Source: an uncultured Nitrososphaerales archaeon (lineage in GTDB: Archaea > Thermoproteota > Nitrososphaeria > Nitrososphaerales > Nitrososphaeraceae). Taken from it: DNA of 64,000 nucleotides. This document shows positions 24,706-36,307 of this stretch, piece after piece. Position 1 is the first letter of the stretch, and each line of letters opens with the position of its first letter. The DNA lies in the NCBI GenBank assembly GCA_963713605.1, contig CAVQMO010000003.1, positions 288,001 to 352,000 of the forward strand, read 5' to 3'. The notes beneath the pieces were generated by a model. It worked only from the letters and a program-made list of their open reading frames with translations. It made no database searches and had not been told where the DNA came from. Made by a program: the position numbers and the translations under genes.

Positions 24706-25296
24706 ATGCAGATAGAGAAAGGAATGAGTGAGAAAGATAGTAGTAGCACACAACTGGTTTTTCCTGTAAGCGAATCGCGGGATCATATTCAAGGACCTGC
24801 AACTGCTGCCGTAACTTTGGTAGAATACGGAGATTATGAATGTCCCTATTGCGCCCAAGCCTATTTGATTATAAAGGAAGTCCAAGAACGTTTAGGAAAC
24901 AAAGTACGGTTCGTATTCCGAAACTTCCCATTGACCAAACTTCGCCCGCATGCATACCAATCTGCGTTGGCGGTGGAAACAGCAGCTGCTCAAGGAAAGT
25001 TCTGGGAGATGTACGACTTTTTATTCAAACATGGACAAAGTCTTACCGATGATAATTTGAGACTATCGGCGGCCAAGCTCGGATTAAACGTCAACAAGTT
25101 CGATCTTGAATTCCGCGATCGTACTTATCGTAGGCATGTGGATGAAGATATACAAAGTGGCGAGGAAAGCGGTGTGACAAAGACACCAACCTTCTTTATC
25201 AATGGAGATCGTTATGACGACTCATGGGACCTTGATACCCTCCTCAGTGCACTTGACGAGGCCAGTGTATTCAGTTGGAGGGAAACTAATCAATAA
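24706..25296 (+). CDS. DsbA/thioredoxin-fold protein
   Basis: EYGDYECPYC, FRNFPL, GKFWEM, GVTKTPTFFING. Confidence 0.92.
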   Translation: MQIEKGMSEKDSSSTQLVFPVSESRDHIQGPATAAVTLVEYGDYECPYCAQAYLIIKEVQERLGNKVRFVFRNFPLTKLRPHAYQSALAVETAAAQGKFWEMYDFLFKHGQSLTDDNLRLSAAKLGLNVNKFDLEFRDRTYRRHVDEDIQSGEESGVTKTPTFFINGDRYDDSWDLDTLLSALDEASVFSWRETNQ

Positions 25297-25504
25297 TTCA
25301 GAATAGTTTTGCCTATTGCAAGTTAGATAACATGGCTGATTGATTCAATTCAAACATATTTAACAAGATAAAGAGATTATTACGTACTGCAAAAGGCTTG
25401 TTCTCCAAATCATGCGCTCACATAGCATTGTAATCGATCGTTCTTGGTAACTTCGTGAGTGAGATCGATTACTAAATATAGCATGAGAAAGGATATTCTG
25501 ACGT

Positions 25505-25927
25505 TTGTCTTCACCAAGACATTGCATAGAGGATCTAATAGAAAGAGAACTAGTAACTCTTCCCGAAGATGCAGTCATAGCAGACGCGGTAAGGGTAATG
25601 AAGGATGGAGGGATTTCTTCAATTCTTGTTAGGTCACTATCTTCCTCTGCAGAGAATCCACTTATCACTGGAATTGTAACTGAACGAGATATCTTGTATA
25701 GAGTTATTGGTGGCAACAAGGGACCGTACAAGACCATATTGAAGGAAGTGATGAGCTCTCCTGTAGTAACCATTGAAAATGGGTCTTCGGTAAATGAAGC
25801 AATGTCTCTAATGAGAGATAAGAAAATTAGAAGGCTGCTGGTCATAAAGAGAGAAAACACTAGGGAGTTCACGCTAGGCTTGGTAACACTTATGTCAATA
25901 ACAGATAGTCTGGATCCTGGTAAGTGA
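25505..25927 (+). CDS. CBS-domain protein
   Basis: GIVTERDIL, EVMSSPVVTI, KIRRLLV. Confidence 0.9.
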   Translation: MSSPRHCIEDLIERELVTLPEDAVIADAVRVMKDGGISSILVRSLSSSAENPLITGIVTERDILYRVIGGNKGPYKTILKEVMSSPVVTIENGSSVNEAMSLMRDKKIRRLLVIKRENTREFTLGLVTLMSITDSLDPGK

Positions 25928-26438
25928 GAGGATTAAAGACAAGGACCAAAAGTTACGCGGAGATGTTTATAGCATAATATTTCTCTCTACGAGAAACGAT
26001 ATGCGAGTAGGGTATGATGGGACTGATGCCCTCTGTTACTGGATATATCTCTGGAACCGGCTGCGGTTGCTGGTATCGTTTACCGTTTGTATATACAGCC
26101 GGCCAACTTTAGAAATCAAAAGCTAAATACCAGTGTCCACGTATGCTTCGTTAACATATGCTTCAGATACGTCATATGAGTTAGATAGACTGTCTCGCTT
26201 AATACTCTTAGACAGTACTTACTGCATTAATGTCAAATCTGAACTGATAGCCTAAAGGCATCGAATAATGCCAATTCACCCCAACTGAATGTAATAAAAA
26301 AGAATCATTCGAGAACATGATATCCTGCACTAGACTTAGAGGTCATCTACCGCGAATGAAATAGATGAGGATGGTTTGTACTAGTAGATATATACTGAAT
26401 TTTCTAATAGTTAAAGAATGCATAAAATCTGTCGATAA

Positions 26439-26663
26439 ATGATGTATAACTTGTATGAGAACGCTAATGAAGATGGGCAAAGAAGTGTCATAGTATTGTC
26501 TACAACGGCAGGAGCAAGGTTGTATGCTGTCTGGAAACAGAAGAAGGACAGTTGGTATATTGAGTCAAGGAATGAAAGGAATACGGGTAACGTGGTGGTG
26601 GATATACTTACCCCGCGCCAATTTCAAGATGCGATCGAGAAGGGATATTACTTCTTTGAGTAA
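26439..26663 (+). CDS. hypothetical protein
   Basis: 74-aa ORF. Confidence 0.5.
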   Translation: MMYNLYENANEDGQRSVIVLSTTAGARLYAVWKQKKDSWYIESRNERNTGNVVVDILTPRQFQDAIEKGYYFFE

Positions 26664-26851
26664 GATCTATCGCCTATGTATTCACTGATGAATAGATCTT
26701 AACATCTCGTCATCTTAATGTTGTCGATGCCTGTTCTTTTATTACCTTTCGATGTTATCGTTCCGTTTATCGCTATCATGGGCAATTGGAATATCGAGAT
26801 CCTTGTCTGGCACTCCTGTAATGGTAAAGGAGAATAACCCGCCACCGCATG

Positions 26852-27238
26852 CTATGGCTGGAATAGATGGAAACCATGGAGTGCAGCTTGTCGAGCCGCT
26901 ACTGTTGTGGCTGTATTCCAGATTGGATTAGCGAAGAAGACGCTAAGTCTGGTATCGATGGAGAAAGATGTTGTGACTGTTGCATCTGCAGAATCTGCCA
27001 AGTCTATTGTCATAGGCATTAATGAGACTATCGGATCTGTTTCTTGGAATGTGTTCATATTCGTGTTGAACGGATCTACTGTTTGTGAGTATGCATTTGG
27101 CATCATACTATCAATAGAACCATTAGAGACCAAGTTCAAGGACAAATACAGATACATAATTACAAGTGTATAGCAGGTAACAGGCTTCGAAAAAATAGAT
27201 TTTTTCTCACCCATGGTTGATTCATATAGACTACTCAA
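26852..27238 (-). CDS. putative secreted protein, probably truncated
   Basis: Hydrophobic N-terminus followed by AYSQ. Confidence 0.4.
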   Translation of the reverse strand: MSSLYESTMGEKKSIFSKPVTCYTLVIMYLYLSLNLVSNGSIDSMMPNAYSQTVDPFNTNMNTFQETDPIVSLMPMTIDLADSADATVTTSFSIDTRLSVFFANPIWNTATTVAARQAALHGFHLFQP

Positions 27239-27659
27239 AAGAGAGTTTTGACAGACTCCTACTACTCATAGCAATCACTGGTTTTAGTAGAAAAAAAGAG
27301 AATAACATTCAAGGTTAAGAATATGCACAAAAGCATTGATCCAATATCAGCTGACATAAGTGTTTAGTGCAACATTATCAGTATATCTCTAAAGACTATC
27401 AGAAGCAAACCAGCTGAAACTGCACACATACGGCGACAATGATTAACTAGACGCCTTCTGCTGATTCTTTCTTTCTCTGTCGGAACGTTGCTCCAGAACT
27501 AGTTCATCGAACTCTTCTCTTGTTAGATTCTTTTTTACCCATTTGAAATTCCAGAGCATTTCCTTCTTGAACTTGCGTACTTCGGCCTTCAGTTCAGCAA
27601 TCTCATTTGCCTGTACACTTTCTAGCTTCTCTACTTGCTTCTTCAGTCTCTGTGTGGGG

Positions 27660-28072
27660 TCTATGCAGACCTGCCCCAGGGGAACGGGATATTTAGCTTC
27701 TGGAGACTGTGTAGTTGACAAATACTATAGTTACCTGAGCACCATTAGCAAGTTCTCGTATAAATCTGTCGTGAGTATCGGATCCGCCAAGGACCCATCC
27801 ACCACCATGAAAGTACACTACAACATGTAGAATTATGTTATGAGAACCTGGAGGGCGCACGATCTGGACAGATAATTCGCCAGTAGGGCCACCTGGAATA
27901 CTGCGGTTCTCTATATCAGCGTCAAGTTTATCAATAGGAGCTGCCTGAACGCTCGAAAGGACTTTACGTGCTCCGGTGATAATTTATAGATCGGCGGCCC
28001 TGAATTCTTTTGCAAACTTTCCAGGAATGCTCGAGTATTCTGCTTTACTCTAGAATAATCATATTTGCCCAT
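27660..28072 (-). pseudogene. HSL-family alpha/beta hydrolase, N-terminal half
   Basis: Hand translation GPPIYKLSP/ARKVL...IPGGPTGELSVQIVRP...YFHGGGWVLG...HDRFIRELA...VFVNY/SPEAKYPVPL; GDSAG region absent. Confidence 0.85.
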
Positions 28073-28179
28073 ATTCGCTAAAACCTTTCTTCTTACGTAT
28101 AACTATATCTTTATCACACTACACGCGGCTATAACCTCTATACCGGAGTTACTGCAAACCAATCAGCACAAAAAAATCA

Positions 28180-28461
28180 TCATTCCTTGAATACTTCATC
28201 TACGAAACACCATTTCCAATTCTCTCCAGGTTCGTATGATCTGATGACTGGATGTCCACTTGAAAGGAAATGTTTTGTTCCGTGTTTATTAATAGATTGA
28301 TCACAGCATCCAACATGGCCGCAACTTAAACATAGACGCAGGTGTACCCACGGGGACCCGATTTGTAGACACTCTTCACAGCCATCTGGAGTTCTGGGGG
28401 TGACATTCTTTATTTCCTTCTCTATGTGAATACATGATGGGTCGTCTTCTTTTCGATGCAT
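28180..28461 (-). CDS. UBP-type zinc finger protein
   Basis: CEEC...WVHLRLCLSCGHVGCCD...KH...HPVIRSYEPGENWKWCFVDE. Confidence 0.92.
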   Translation of the reverse strand: MHRKEDDPSCIHIEKEIKNVTPRTPDGCEECLQIGSPWVHLRLCLSCGHVGCCDQSINKHGTKHFLSSGHPVIRSYEPGENWKWCFVDEVFKE

Positions 28462-28864
28462 CTGTATGTTTATGCACGTTCACTCCTTTATGTTTAGCGT
28501 AAGCATTAGTAGTAGTTAACAGGGTTATTGCTTCTTCACGTCTTTGTGTAACCAAATATGATGGTTCATCTACTTATTTCCTATAGGACAGGCCTTCTAA
28601 TCAGTGTAGAATATTCAAAATAGAGAGAAAAATATCTTTAGGAAAAATAGTCAAAAGATAAAGGAAGCAAATTAATCCATAGGCGGGAAAATCTGAAAAA
28701 GGTCAAATTTTAAAAAAATAAAAAGAAAATGTTCTCGGACATGGGGCATTATGTTTATTTTATCTGCACGGAGATAAAATACTTCAAATGAATAAATCGT
28801 TCACAGCCTATGTGTGAGCGTGATGTAACTAGCGATAGCAATGAAATTGTAATCACCATGATTC

Positions 28865-29797
28865 TCATATTGGTTTGAAAACCTGGATACGAGTATTGCC
28901 AGTATCTGCTACGTATACTGTTCCAGTTTCTTTATCAACACCCACACCTTCAGGACCACTTAGTTGGCCATCACCAGCACCAACTTCCCCAAACTTTGCT
29001 AGGAATTGCCCATCATTCGTAAATATCTGTATCCTGTTATTGTTTTTATCAGTCACATAGATATTGTCATTTGCATCTATCGAGAGACCTGAGGGTCCGT
29101 GGAATTGCCCATCAGCTGTTCCCTTGCTTCCCCAAGCTTTGATGAACTTGCCATCATTTGTAAACTTTTGAATTCTGTCGTTGCCATAATCTGCAATATA
29201 CACATTTCCAATGGAATCGACTATGGAGCTTTCTGGCTTTGACAATTGCCCATCAGCTTCACCTTCGGTCCCCCACTTCATGATGAATGTCCCATTGTCA
29301 TCAAATACCTGTACATTTGCCAAATCTCTATCGGTTACAAATAACTTTCCTTCTGCATCATTTGCAGGTACATGAGGATGCAAAAATTGTCCGTCAGCTG
29401 CGCCCATAGTTCCCCACGTCTTGATGAACTTGCCATCATTTGTAAATTTCTGGACCCTATAATTGAATTGATCGGCGACATAGATATTTCCTTCAGAATC
29501 CATGGATAATGCGGATGCTTTATGAAATTGTCCATCGCCCTCGCCCCCCTCGCCAAACTTTGTAATAAAGTTACCTTCAGAATCAAAAATTTGAATCCTG
29601 TGGTTGGCATAATCAGCAACATATACTCTTCCGTTGTAGAAATCTACGTCGTTTTGTCCATCAAATTGTCCATCAGCTTCACCCAGCGATCCCCACTTTG
29701 TATAGTAATTGAATGCTGTAGACTGTCCCATTACGTGTGTGATTGACAAAATGAATGAGACTAGTATACCAAGGCAAAGACCAGGTACTAAAACCAA
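28865..29797 (-). CDS. secreted NHL-repeat 6-bladed beta-propeller
   Basis: Signal peptide plus six WG..G..DGQF..P...YVAD..N.RIQ.F repeats. Confidence 0.92.
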   Translation of the reverse strand: MVLVPGLCLGILVSFILSITHVMGQSTAFNYYTKWGSLGEADGQFDGQNDVDFYNGRVYVADYANHRIQIFDSEGNFITKFGEGGEGDGQFHKASALSMDSEGNIYVADQFNYRVQKFTNDGKFIKTWGTMGAADGQFLHPHVPANDAEGKLFVTDRDLANVQVFDDNGTFIMKWGTEGEADGQLSKPESSIVDSIGNVYIADYGNDRIQKFTNDGKFIKAWGSKGTADGQFHGPSGLSIDANDNIYVTDKNNNRIQIFTNDGQFLAKFGEVGAGDGQLSGPEGVGVDKETGTVYVADTGNTRIQVFKPI

Positions 29798-30618
29798 CTA
29801 TAATCTTGTTGGAGAATAGCATGAATGCCTATATCAAGGCAAAGATTTATGCATTATACAACTCTCTTCTATTTTTTAGTATCAAGAAGATGAAAGCAAA
29901 TGTTCATAGAACAGAATTTATCTAGAGTTGAGGTTCATATAGAAAAATTTGAGGACTCTATGACCAAAATCGTCAAGCTTGAGTTATCTTTAGAGGAGAC
30001 GAAAAAACTGGTCGAGCTATTGGAAAAATCGACAATTAGAAATAATGATGATGGTGCATGATGGATAAATAGTACATCATGAGCATGCCAAGTACCAAAA
30101 TAGCTTATTCTTTTATTCTATCCACATGCATTGAGAGAACTTGATAGTAGAATTATGATAAGAAAATGGTGGGATGAGAACCTCTTTCCTAAAGGGTTGA
30201 ATGGCTGCAAAAACTCAGAAAAGAGACTCCACCATTTTTTATATGCACTGATATCAGTACGATTGCATATGTTAAATCCGTCTGTTGAACAAATTAAAAT
30301 ACCCTTCCTAAAGAATTTGGTTTATTTTGAAAGTTAATATAGATCATAGTTAGCAAATATTCGGACCTTAACTGATATTCCTTGGAGATGAGAGAATGGA
30401 ATTTGATGCCATTTATCATATCATCTCTACGTCGTGCTATTACAGTGATAACGGTATTGTATGATGAAAACAATAACTACTGTAGGTATATAGAAAAAAT
30501 GAAAACTATACAGAATGAATAAATCTTCTTAACCAGTATTCATGATTGGCAATGCAAGAGCGAGAATATTTTCGCCAGGTATGCTTGACGATTATACACA
30601 GAAACAGGAGAGTCAATT

Positions 30619-30999
30619 TTGCGGGCAGTCGTTGATAATCATGGCATGCTTTTATTTGGTCAGTCGTCTGCCAAAAACTATGCTGCCTGTATAAGACGAA
30701 GTGAAGCGATCAAGTTATCATCTTCAAATGATGCATTATGCTTTTGTGGACCTAAAAATGAGGCATACCACTTCTTCAATAACTGCCTTGTCCCTGTCAT
30801 AAGACTTTGCAATAATGCTGAAAGACATGTCGCCGCCAACCGAGCTCAGAAAGAGCTAATGTCGCTATATGATATAATATCGCCAGTAAATAGATTTGTT
30901 AAGATTGGAATCATGCCATTGAATAAAAGAAAGGACAGGTTCCTGTGTGTCTATACTGATCACAGAGATATTGAAACACAAATATTAGCACAGTCCTAA
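30619..30999 (+). CDS. hypothetical protein
   Basis: 126-aa ORF; an N-terminal part may lie in another frame from ~30552. Confidence 0.4.
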   Translation: MRAVVDNHGMLLFGQSSAKNYAACIRRSEAIKLSSSNDALCFCGPKNEAYHFFNNCLVPVIRLCNNAERHVAANRAQKELMSLYDIISPVNRFVKIGIMPLNKRKDRFLCVYTDHRDIETQILAQS

Positions 31000-31095
31000 C
31001 AGAACGAATCACTAGTGATATGAGTACACGAGAAATAACCTATATTACACAATGCCTTTTATATGAGAGAGGCAGCAAGAATACAAGAAGTCACA

Positions 31096-31218
31096 TTGAG
31101 ATACTGTAGCAGTTGTCGCAAACAGCTATCGGTGATTGAAAGAGGGTTATTTGTTGAAGACGATTGTGCCGTGTGCAGAGATTGTTGGATTAACCAGAAT
31201 TTTGAACCAACTAACTAG
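31096..31218 (+). CDS. 40-aa CxxC...CxxCxxC protein
   Basis: (TTG)RYCSSCRKQLSVIERGLFVEDDCAVCRDCWINQNFEPTN; TTTTATAT about 35 nt upstream. Confidence 0.55.
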   Translation: MRYCSSCRKQLSVIERGLFVEDDCAVCRDCWINQNFEPTN

Positions 31219-31625
31219 ATACCAAAGCTAGGTGGCGAAGAGGGGGAAGACTAGCCCGTTCTCAATCCCTCTATACGATCTAACGACACAATATCCTCAT
31301 GGCCATGACACAAGATCCTTACTATATTAGAATTTGACCAAATAATACTACCCCTCTAAAGGTAGGCGACCGACTATTGCCATGACCATGTTAAACATGG
31401 CCGCCCCTTCCTTTTGATTCATTCAATATACTATATGATCTAAATGTCATTGTGTCTTAAAGTAATCTTGGTAAGAGGAGCGACATATACATAGACAGAC
31501 TTGGGTAAGCGATAGGTATCTTGCCTTACCCAAGTTCGGGTTCTTACCGACCGTCTACCTGTTGTTATTATACTATTGTGAATAAGTTAATAAGGTATGT
31601 TGCCTTTAAGGTATTAGAATTAGAT

Positions 31626-31793
31626 TTGGGTAAGTGGAAATGCATATGGTGTTCTAAAGTCTTGGAAGGTGAGTCATTTATGGATCTAATTGCAGCAAGC
31701 ACGAAAGAAGAAGGTGGACAACATGTCCACGGCTGGGAAAACATAGCGTTACTAGAGGAGGAAGCCACCCTATCGAATAAACTGCTGGCCTAG
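31626..31793 (+). CDS. small CxxC...HxH protein
   Basis: (TTG)GKWKCIWCSKVLEGESFMDLI...HVHGWE; poly-T after the stop. Confidence 0.6.
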   Translation: MGKWKCIWCSKVLEGESFMDLIAASTKEEGGQHVHGWENIALLEEEATLSNKLLA

Positions 31794-32120
31794 TCTATCT
31801 TATTTTTTCTATCGATAATTTCCTTCTACAGACTTAAGTGAATGACTTGGATTTAGCGAGCACAGGTCATGTCATAAACAGTTCATTAAACGGAGAGGCA
31901 CAACTTCCTTGCCAGAAATGTGGTGAGATGAATAATTAGAATTGATTAGAACTAGAATTGATTAGAATTGACAAACAGGAAATACTACTTCAGTTTCTAA
32001 TCATTCTTGTTTGGGGATTCTAACTATGGTTACAATGGAGGGCTACTCCTTCGATAAGAACTAACTCGACACGGAGCAGGTAGATTGCATATTCTACCAA
32101 ATGGCGATCTGTTAAGCTCG

Positions 32121-33641
32121 CTAACCGCTCATTATAGTCTGTGCTCTAGTTCTTATCCTTGACAAAGAAAGCGCCATGGCAACAGAAGCAAGTGACACTA
32201 GCGCGGCTGTGATAAATATCAAACTATAGGCGTGATCTGTTGGGAAATAACCAACAACTCCAGGTGACGTTCCTTTATACGTCTCCTGGAATGCTCCTGA
32301 GAGGGCTGGGCCTAATGACATCCCTACAAGGTTGAGAAGCAGAGTCATTCCCAGTGCAATCCCGGTCACTTGCATTGGTACTGAAAGAAGTATTACGTTA
32401 AAGCCTCCGCTAATGGAAAGAGCTAAACCAGCTGCGAGTATTGTGAGTCCAATTGATACCATATCCTCGGTGGAGTGAAAGATTAGCAGCACAAAGAACC
32501 CGATCGTGCTTATCGCAGTGCCAACTAGCATTAGCTTTGTATTCTTGACTCTATTTAAGATAAAGCCTGATGTTATTGTCCCAATTAGTAATACAATCAT
32601 AAAGGGTAGCTGGACAGTTGCAACTTCGATTGCATTGCCTCCGAACCCAAATGGCTCAGGGCTTCTTACCATAACAGGAACCGTCAAGTAGACCATGAAA
32701 ATAGACATAAATACTAACATGAGAATGATTGTCGGAAGGATGAAAGTTTTGCTGGTCATTATCTTGAAATCAAGAAGAGGCGAATGCACCCTTTTTTCGA
32801 TAGCTATGAATGTTGCAAGTGATACTGCTGATGCGGAAAAGAGTCCGGCAACTTGATATACTCTAGCAGTACTATCACTATCTTCCAGGAAGGATATACC
32901 TACTAGAAATGCAATAATCGTAGCCGCGAGGGCCAATGTTCCTTTTATGTCAATTGTTCGATCATTTGATGCGTTACCACTACGGGCCTCTATTCCCTGC
33001 TCTGTGGATGCCGGACTTTTAATTCGTACATACTTTACGATTATCAGCCAGAGTGCTATTGTGACAGGAAGTATAGCTAGGAATGTCGCCTGCCAACCAA
33101 AGTTTTGGATTATGGCTGCGCCACCAACCAGACCGACTACCGCACCTCCAGAAAAAGTCGAGCTAAATATTGTCTGACCTATCGCAAGCTTTCTCTCCGG
33201 AAGGACCTCTCTAATGATACCAAAAGCAATAGGAAACATTGCCATCCCAACTCCTTGTGCCACCCTAGCTGCGACCATAAATTCAATGTTGGTGGCAAAT
33301 CTGCCTGCCATAATACCTGCAGCGTAGACTGCCATTATAATGAGTAATATCTTTTTCTTGCCATAAATGTCACCCAGTTTGCCGCCAATTGGTGTCATTA
33401 CTGCTGCTGAAATTAGATAAGCGGACAGCAACCAAGATGATGTACTGTATGAGATTTTGAACTCTCGAATGAAATCCGGAATGGCAGGCAAAATCATTGT
33501 TTCATCAAACATAACAATCAGTCCCAAGCAGCTCAAGATGACAAGGATGCTCCATCCTGAGCTATGTGTATCATTTACTAATTTGGCCATCTTTTTTATC
33601 ACCTTTGTCTGCTCGGATTCCTCATCTGAATAGTTCTGCAT
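32121..33641 (-). CDS. MFS transporter (DHA2-like)
   Basis: GKLGDIYGKKK, ARVAQGVG, FGWQATF; paralog of 57908..59426. Confidence 0.93.
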   Translation of the reverse strand: MQNYSDEESEQTKVIKKMAKLVNDTHSSGWSILVILSCLGLIVMFDETMILPAIPDFIREFKISYSTSSWLLSAYLISAAVMTPIGGKLGDIYGKKKILLIIMAVYAAGIMAGRFATNIEFMVAARVAQGVGMAMFPIAFGIIREVLPERKLAIGQTIFSSTFSGGAVVGLVGGAAIIQNFGWQATFLAILPVTIALWLIIVKYVRIKSPASTEQGIEARSGNASNDRTIDIKGTLALAATIIAFLVGISFLEDSDSTARVYQVAGLFSASAVSLATFIAIEKRVHSPLLDFKIMTSKTFILPTIILMLVFMSIFMVYLTVPVMVRSPEPFGFGGNAIEVATVQLPFMIVLLIGTITSGFILNRVKNTKLMLVGTAISTIGFFVLLIFHSTEDMVSIGLTILAAGLALSISGGFNVILLSVPMQVTGIALGMTLLLNLVGMSLGPALSGAFQETYKGTSPGVVGYFPTDHAYSLIFITAALVSLASVAMALSLSRIRTRAQTIMSG

Positions 33642-33982
33642 AGTTCTAAAACATATTATAAATGCATCAAAGGAGTTACAACCTGTGTCATTGGTGGTAC
33701 TACACTAATTAAACGTGTAGTCACCATGGAGCAGCATCAAGCAGTAAAGTTTAATACAGTTGTTTCCTTTTCGTGTCTCGTTAATTCTACTAATTTTGTA
33801 TTGGCTACCTAATGGCCTGTACATTACATCTTTTTCCACAAGGAATTCTAATTGCCCTAATTCTCTGTCTGATACCAAGTACGACAAAGCGTCATTAGAT
33901 AGTATAGTAGCATATTCCGCATTGTTAGAATATAGTCAGCAGTCGAATTAAAAGTTTAAGGATTATTCCTATGTAACCATCA

Positions 33983-34340
33983 TTATCGCTTTAATGAGGT
34001 GTTGGCCAGACAAGCATGAGCTCCGTTACCAATTTCACTAATCTTTTTCTCCAATTCATCTTGAGGCACGTATCCAACGATCTCTCCTATTTCCTTCTCT
34101 TCACAGAAGAACTTTATTACAGGTATGCCTCGTATACCATATCTCGATGCCAACTCTTGTTGTTCATCAACATTAATTTTGACGAATCTTATCTCAGGGT
34201 ATTTGCTAGCGATCGATTCGAATATTGGCTTCAATCTCATACAATATGGACACCATGGTGCCCAGAAGTCAGACTGCCACTAGGTTCTTATCCGATACCA
34301 AAGTATTCCATTCGGTTTCACGTGTTATATCTAAAGACAT
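33983..34340 (-). CDS. thioredoxin, +1 frameshift just before DFWAPWCPYC
   Basis: MSLDITRETEWNTLVSDKNLVAV-(extra T)-DFWAPWCPYCMRLKP...YGIRGIP. Confidence 0.9.
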
Positions 34341-34479
34341 GTTTCATATTTACCATATAACCTTAGGTGTATTCCCTAGCATTATTTAAGGGATAATTTA
34401 TACTCTCGCCTTGAAAAGCAAGTTACTATTTAAGAGATGGTGCTAATTGAAATTTCTAAACCAGAAGATCGTTGGATTA

Positions 34480-34900
34480 TTATTTCATTTCGACTTTGTT
34501 TTCTTCCATGCCGTAAATGACACTAGAACGTGCTATTAATTCCCCTTCAAATTCGAATTTTTCTATAACATGCCACTTACGTTTTCAGGGGGATTCACAA
34601 ATATATTCCAATAGAGCCATATTTTTCTTTGTTAGATAAGTAACAAGTATGGACCGAAATTGGGGAAATCTTCCCAATTCGATACTAAAGTATCTTTACA
34701 AATCTTGCTTATTTGTTATCATCGACCGATTTTGAGGCAATCTTCTCTGGCAGTACTATCTTGGGTCTAAAGAATTCGATGGGTCTAGAGAATTTGATTT
34801 TTTCTGCATACAAAGAAATGATACGCTTGGTATCATGATCATTCGTTTCAAGGTTTTGTCCATTTATCAATATGTGCTTCGATGAAAGATTTTCCCATTT
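34480..34900 (-). pseudogene. SnoaL/NTF2-like protein remnant
   Basis: NDHDTKRIISLYAEKIKFS...ALLEY...HVIEKFEFEGELIARSSVIYG across frames. Confidence 0.5.
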
Positions 34901-35218
34901 CTTCTTGTTATGACTTCCACATGATGGATTCTATTTAGTGATCTAATAGATTGACAGTATCATGTTAGTATATTCATCACCTGTCTTATGTCCACAATAA
35001 ATGACGTACGGAAGCATTACTCAGCGAGTTTATTATACCAACTGCACTTTAGGAATAAATGGCTCACGGTATCTAAATTGGACTAGATTTTTTTAGAGTG
35101 AATTTGCCCAGCGCGGGTGCTGCTACATTCCATGAAAGAGAAGAGAGGAGGCATTAGGATATTGGGCAAAATGTTTGTCCCTGTAAGACAATACTCCATG
35201 ATGTGAGAATATCTGAAA

Positions 35219-35256
35219 GTAGGACGACCGGGGTTGGATCGGAAGGGTCGTCCTAC
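35219..35256. repeat. perfect 11-bp inverted repeat with 16-nt loop
   Basis: GTAGGACGACC ... GGTCGTCCTAC. Confidence 0.85.
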
Positions 35257-35638
35257 CTGCATCATGCCTTCAGATAGTGTGTCCTTATATTCGTGAATTT
35301 GGATTAAAGGTGTTCCGGAACTAGGTTAAGGTCTAGACTTCATCCAGAGCAGAACCAAGAAAACACCCAAGATAATGTTTTCCATAGACCTCATGCAATT
35401 GGTGCCAAAAAGCCCTTCTGAAGAGGTATCATCTAAGGATTTTTTCACTAGGACAAAACCATAGTAGGTAATGTGATGGATTAAATGCACGCTGATCGTT
35501 GGTTAGTAGTCGGGGTAAAATATTAGAATACAGTTTTGCCTATCTCATTATCATGTCATTACTCAACTCAATTGATTTATTTACCAGCTTATCCTCTTAG
35601 TTTGGCAGGTGACATTAATTCTGAAATTGATCTCAGGT

Positions 35639-35923
35639 TTATTTCAAATTTGTCAACTCATAAGTTTCATCTAGATAATCTGCTATCTCGTCAAATGAGA
35701 AGCCAGAATCATTCATCTCTATCAGGGATTCTTTACTAATATCAGCCTGTTTTTCTTGTCGCATCACCGTCATCTTTCCCGTTCCAACCAAGATAGGACA
35801 TTATGCACATCTGCCATTATGCCCATCTGAATACCTCTTCCGAATCTGCGTAAAATGCTTTCCATATGTGTGTAGAATCTGAGAAAAAGACAATTCTTGT
35901 GCCATTTGCTGTTGGTGGCTCAT
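35639..35923 (-). pseudogene. hypothetical protein remnant
   Basis: ILHTYGKHFTQIRKRYSDGHNGRCA/MSYLGWNG/LIEMNDSGFSFDEIADYLD. Confidence 0.55.
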
Positions 35924-36038
35924 GGACACATTATGACCGATAAACTATTTAGAAGCTATTTATGCTAAATGGTGGAGCTTTGCGACAAAGCAAAGTATCA
36001 ATCCAATGTTTAAATAGTCTTGTCAAATACTTACACAA

Positions 36039-36290
36039 ATGACAGTATCAAATTTAGAACTCTTAAAGAGTTTCACAAAAAATACCGAATGGTTTGATAA
36101 TAACTATCAGAGCTTGCATAAATACGATGGACAGTTCATAGCTGTTTACAGAGAAAATGTTATAGATTCCGACAATGATTATCGAAGTCTTGTAAATAGA
36201 AACAGAAAATTATACGATAAATCAGTATATGTAACCCTGGTGACTAGTCACGGCTCTGTATCTTCCGCAAAAAATAATGTCAAGAACTGA
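36039..36290 (+). CDS. DUF5678-like small protein
   Basis: NTEWFDNNYQSLHKYDGQFIAVYRENVIDSDNDYRSLV. Confidence 0.7.
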   Translation: MTVSNLELLKSFTKNTEWFDNNYQSLHKYDGQFIAVYRENVIDSDNDYRSLVNRNRKLYDKSVYVTLVTSHGSVSSAKNNVKN

Positions 36291-36307
36291 TTGACTACTT
36301 TTCAAAC

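Noticed and set aside
25360..25872. Long antisense ORFs (also 15404..15886, 58467..58781, 44903..45214 and similar)
   Set aside because: Shadows of well-supported genes on the opposite strand
28865..29797. DNA-level repeats as a DGR or mobile repeat
   Set aside because: Explained by NHL protein repeats; no reverse transcriptase present
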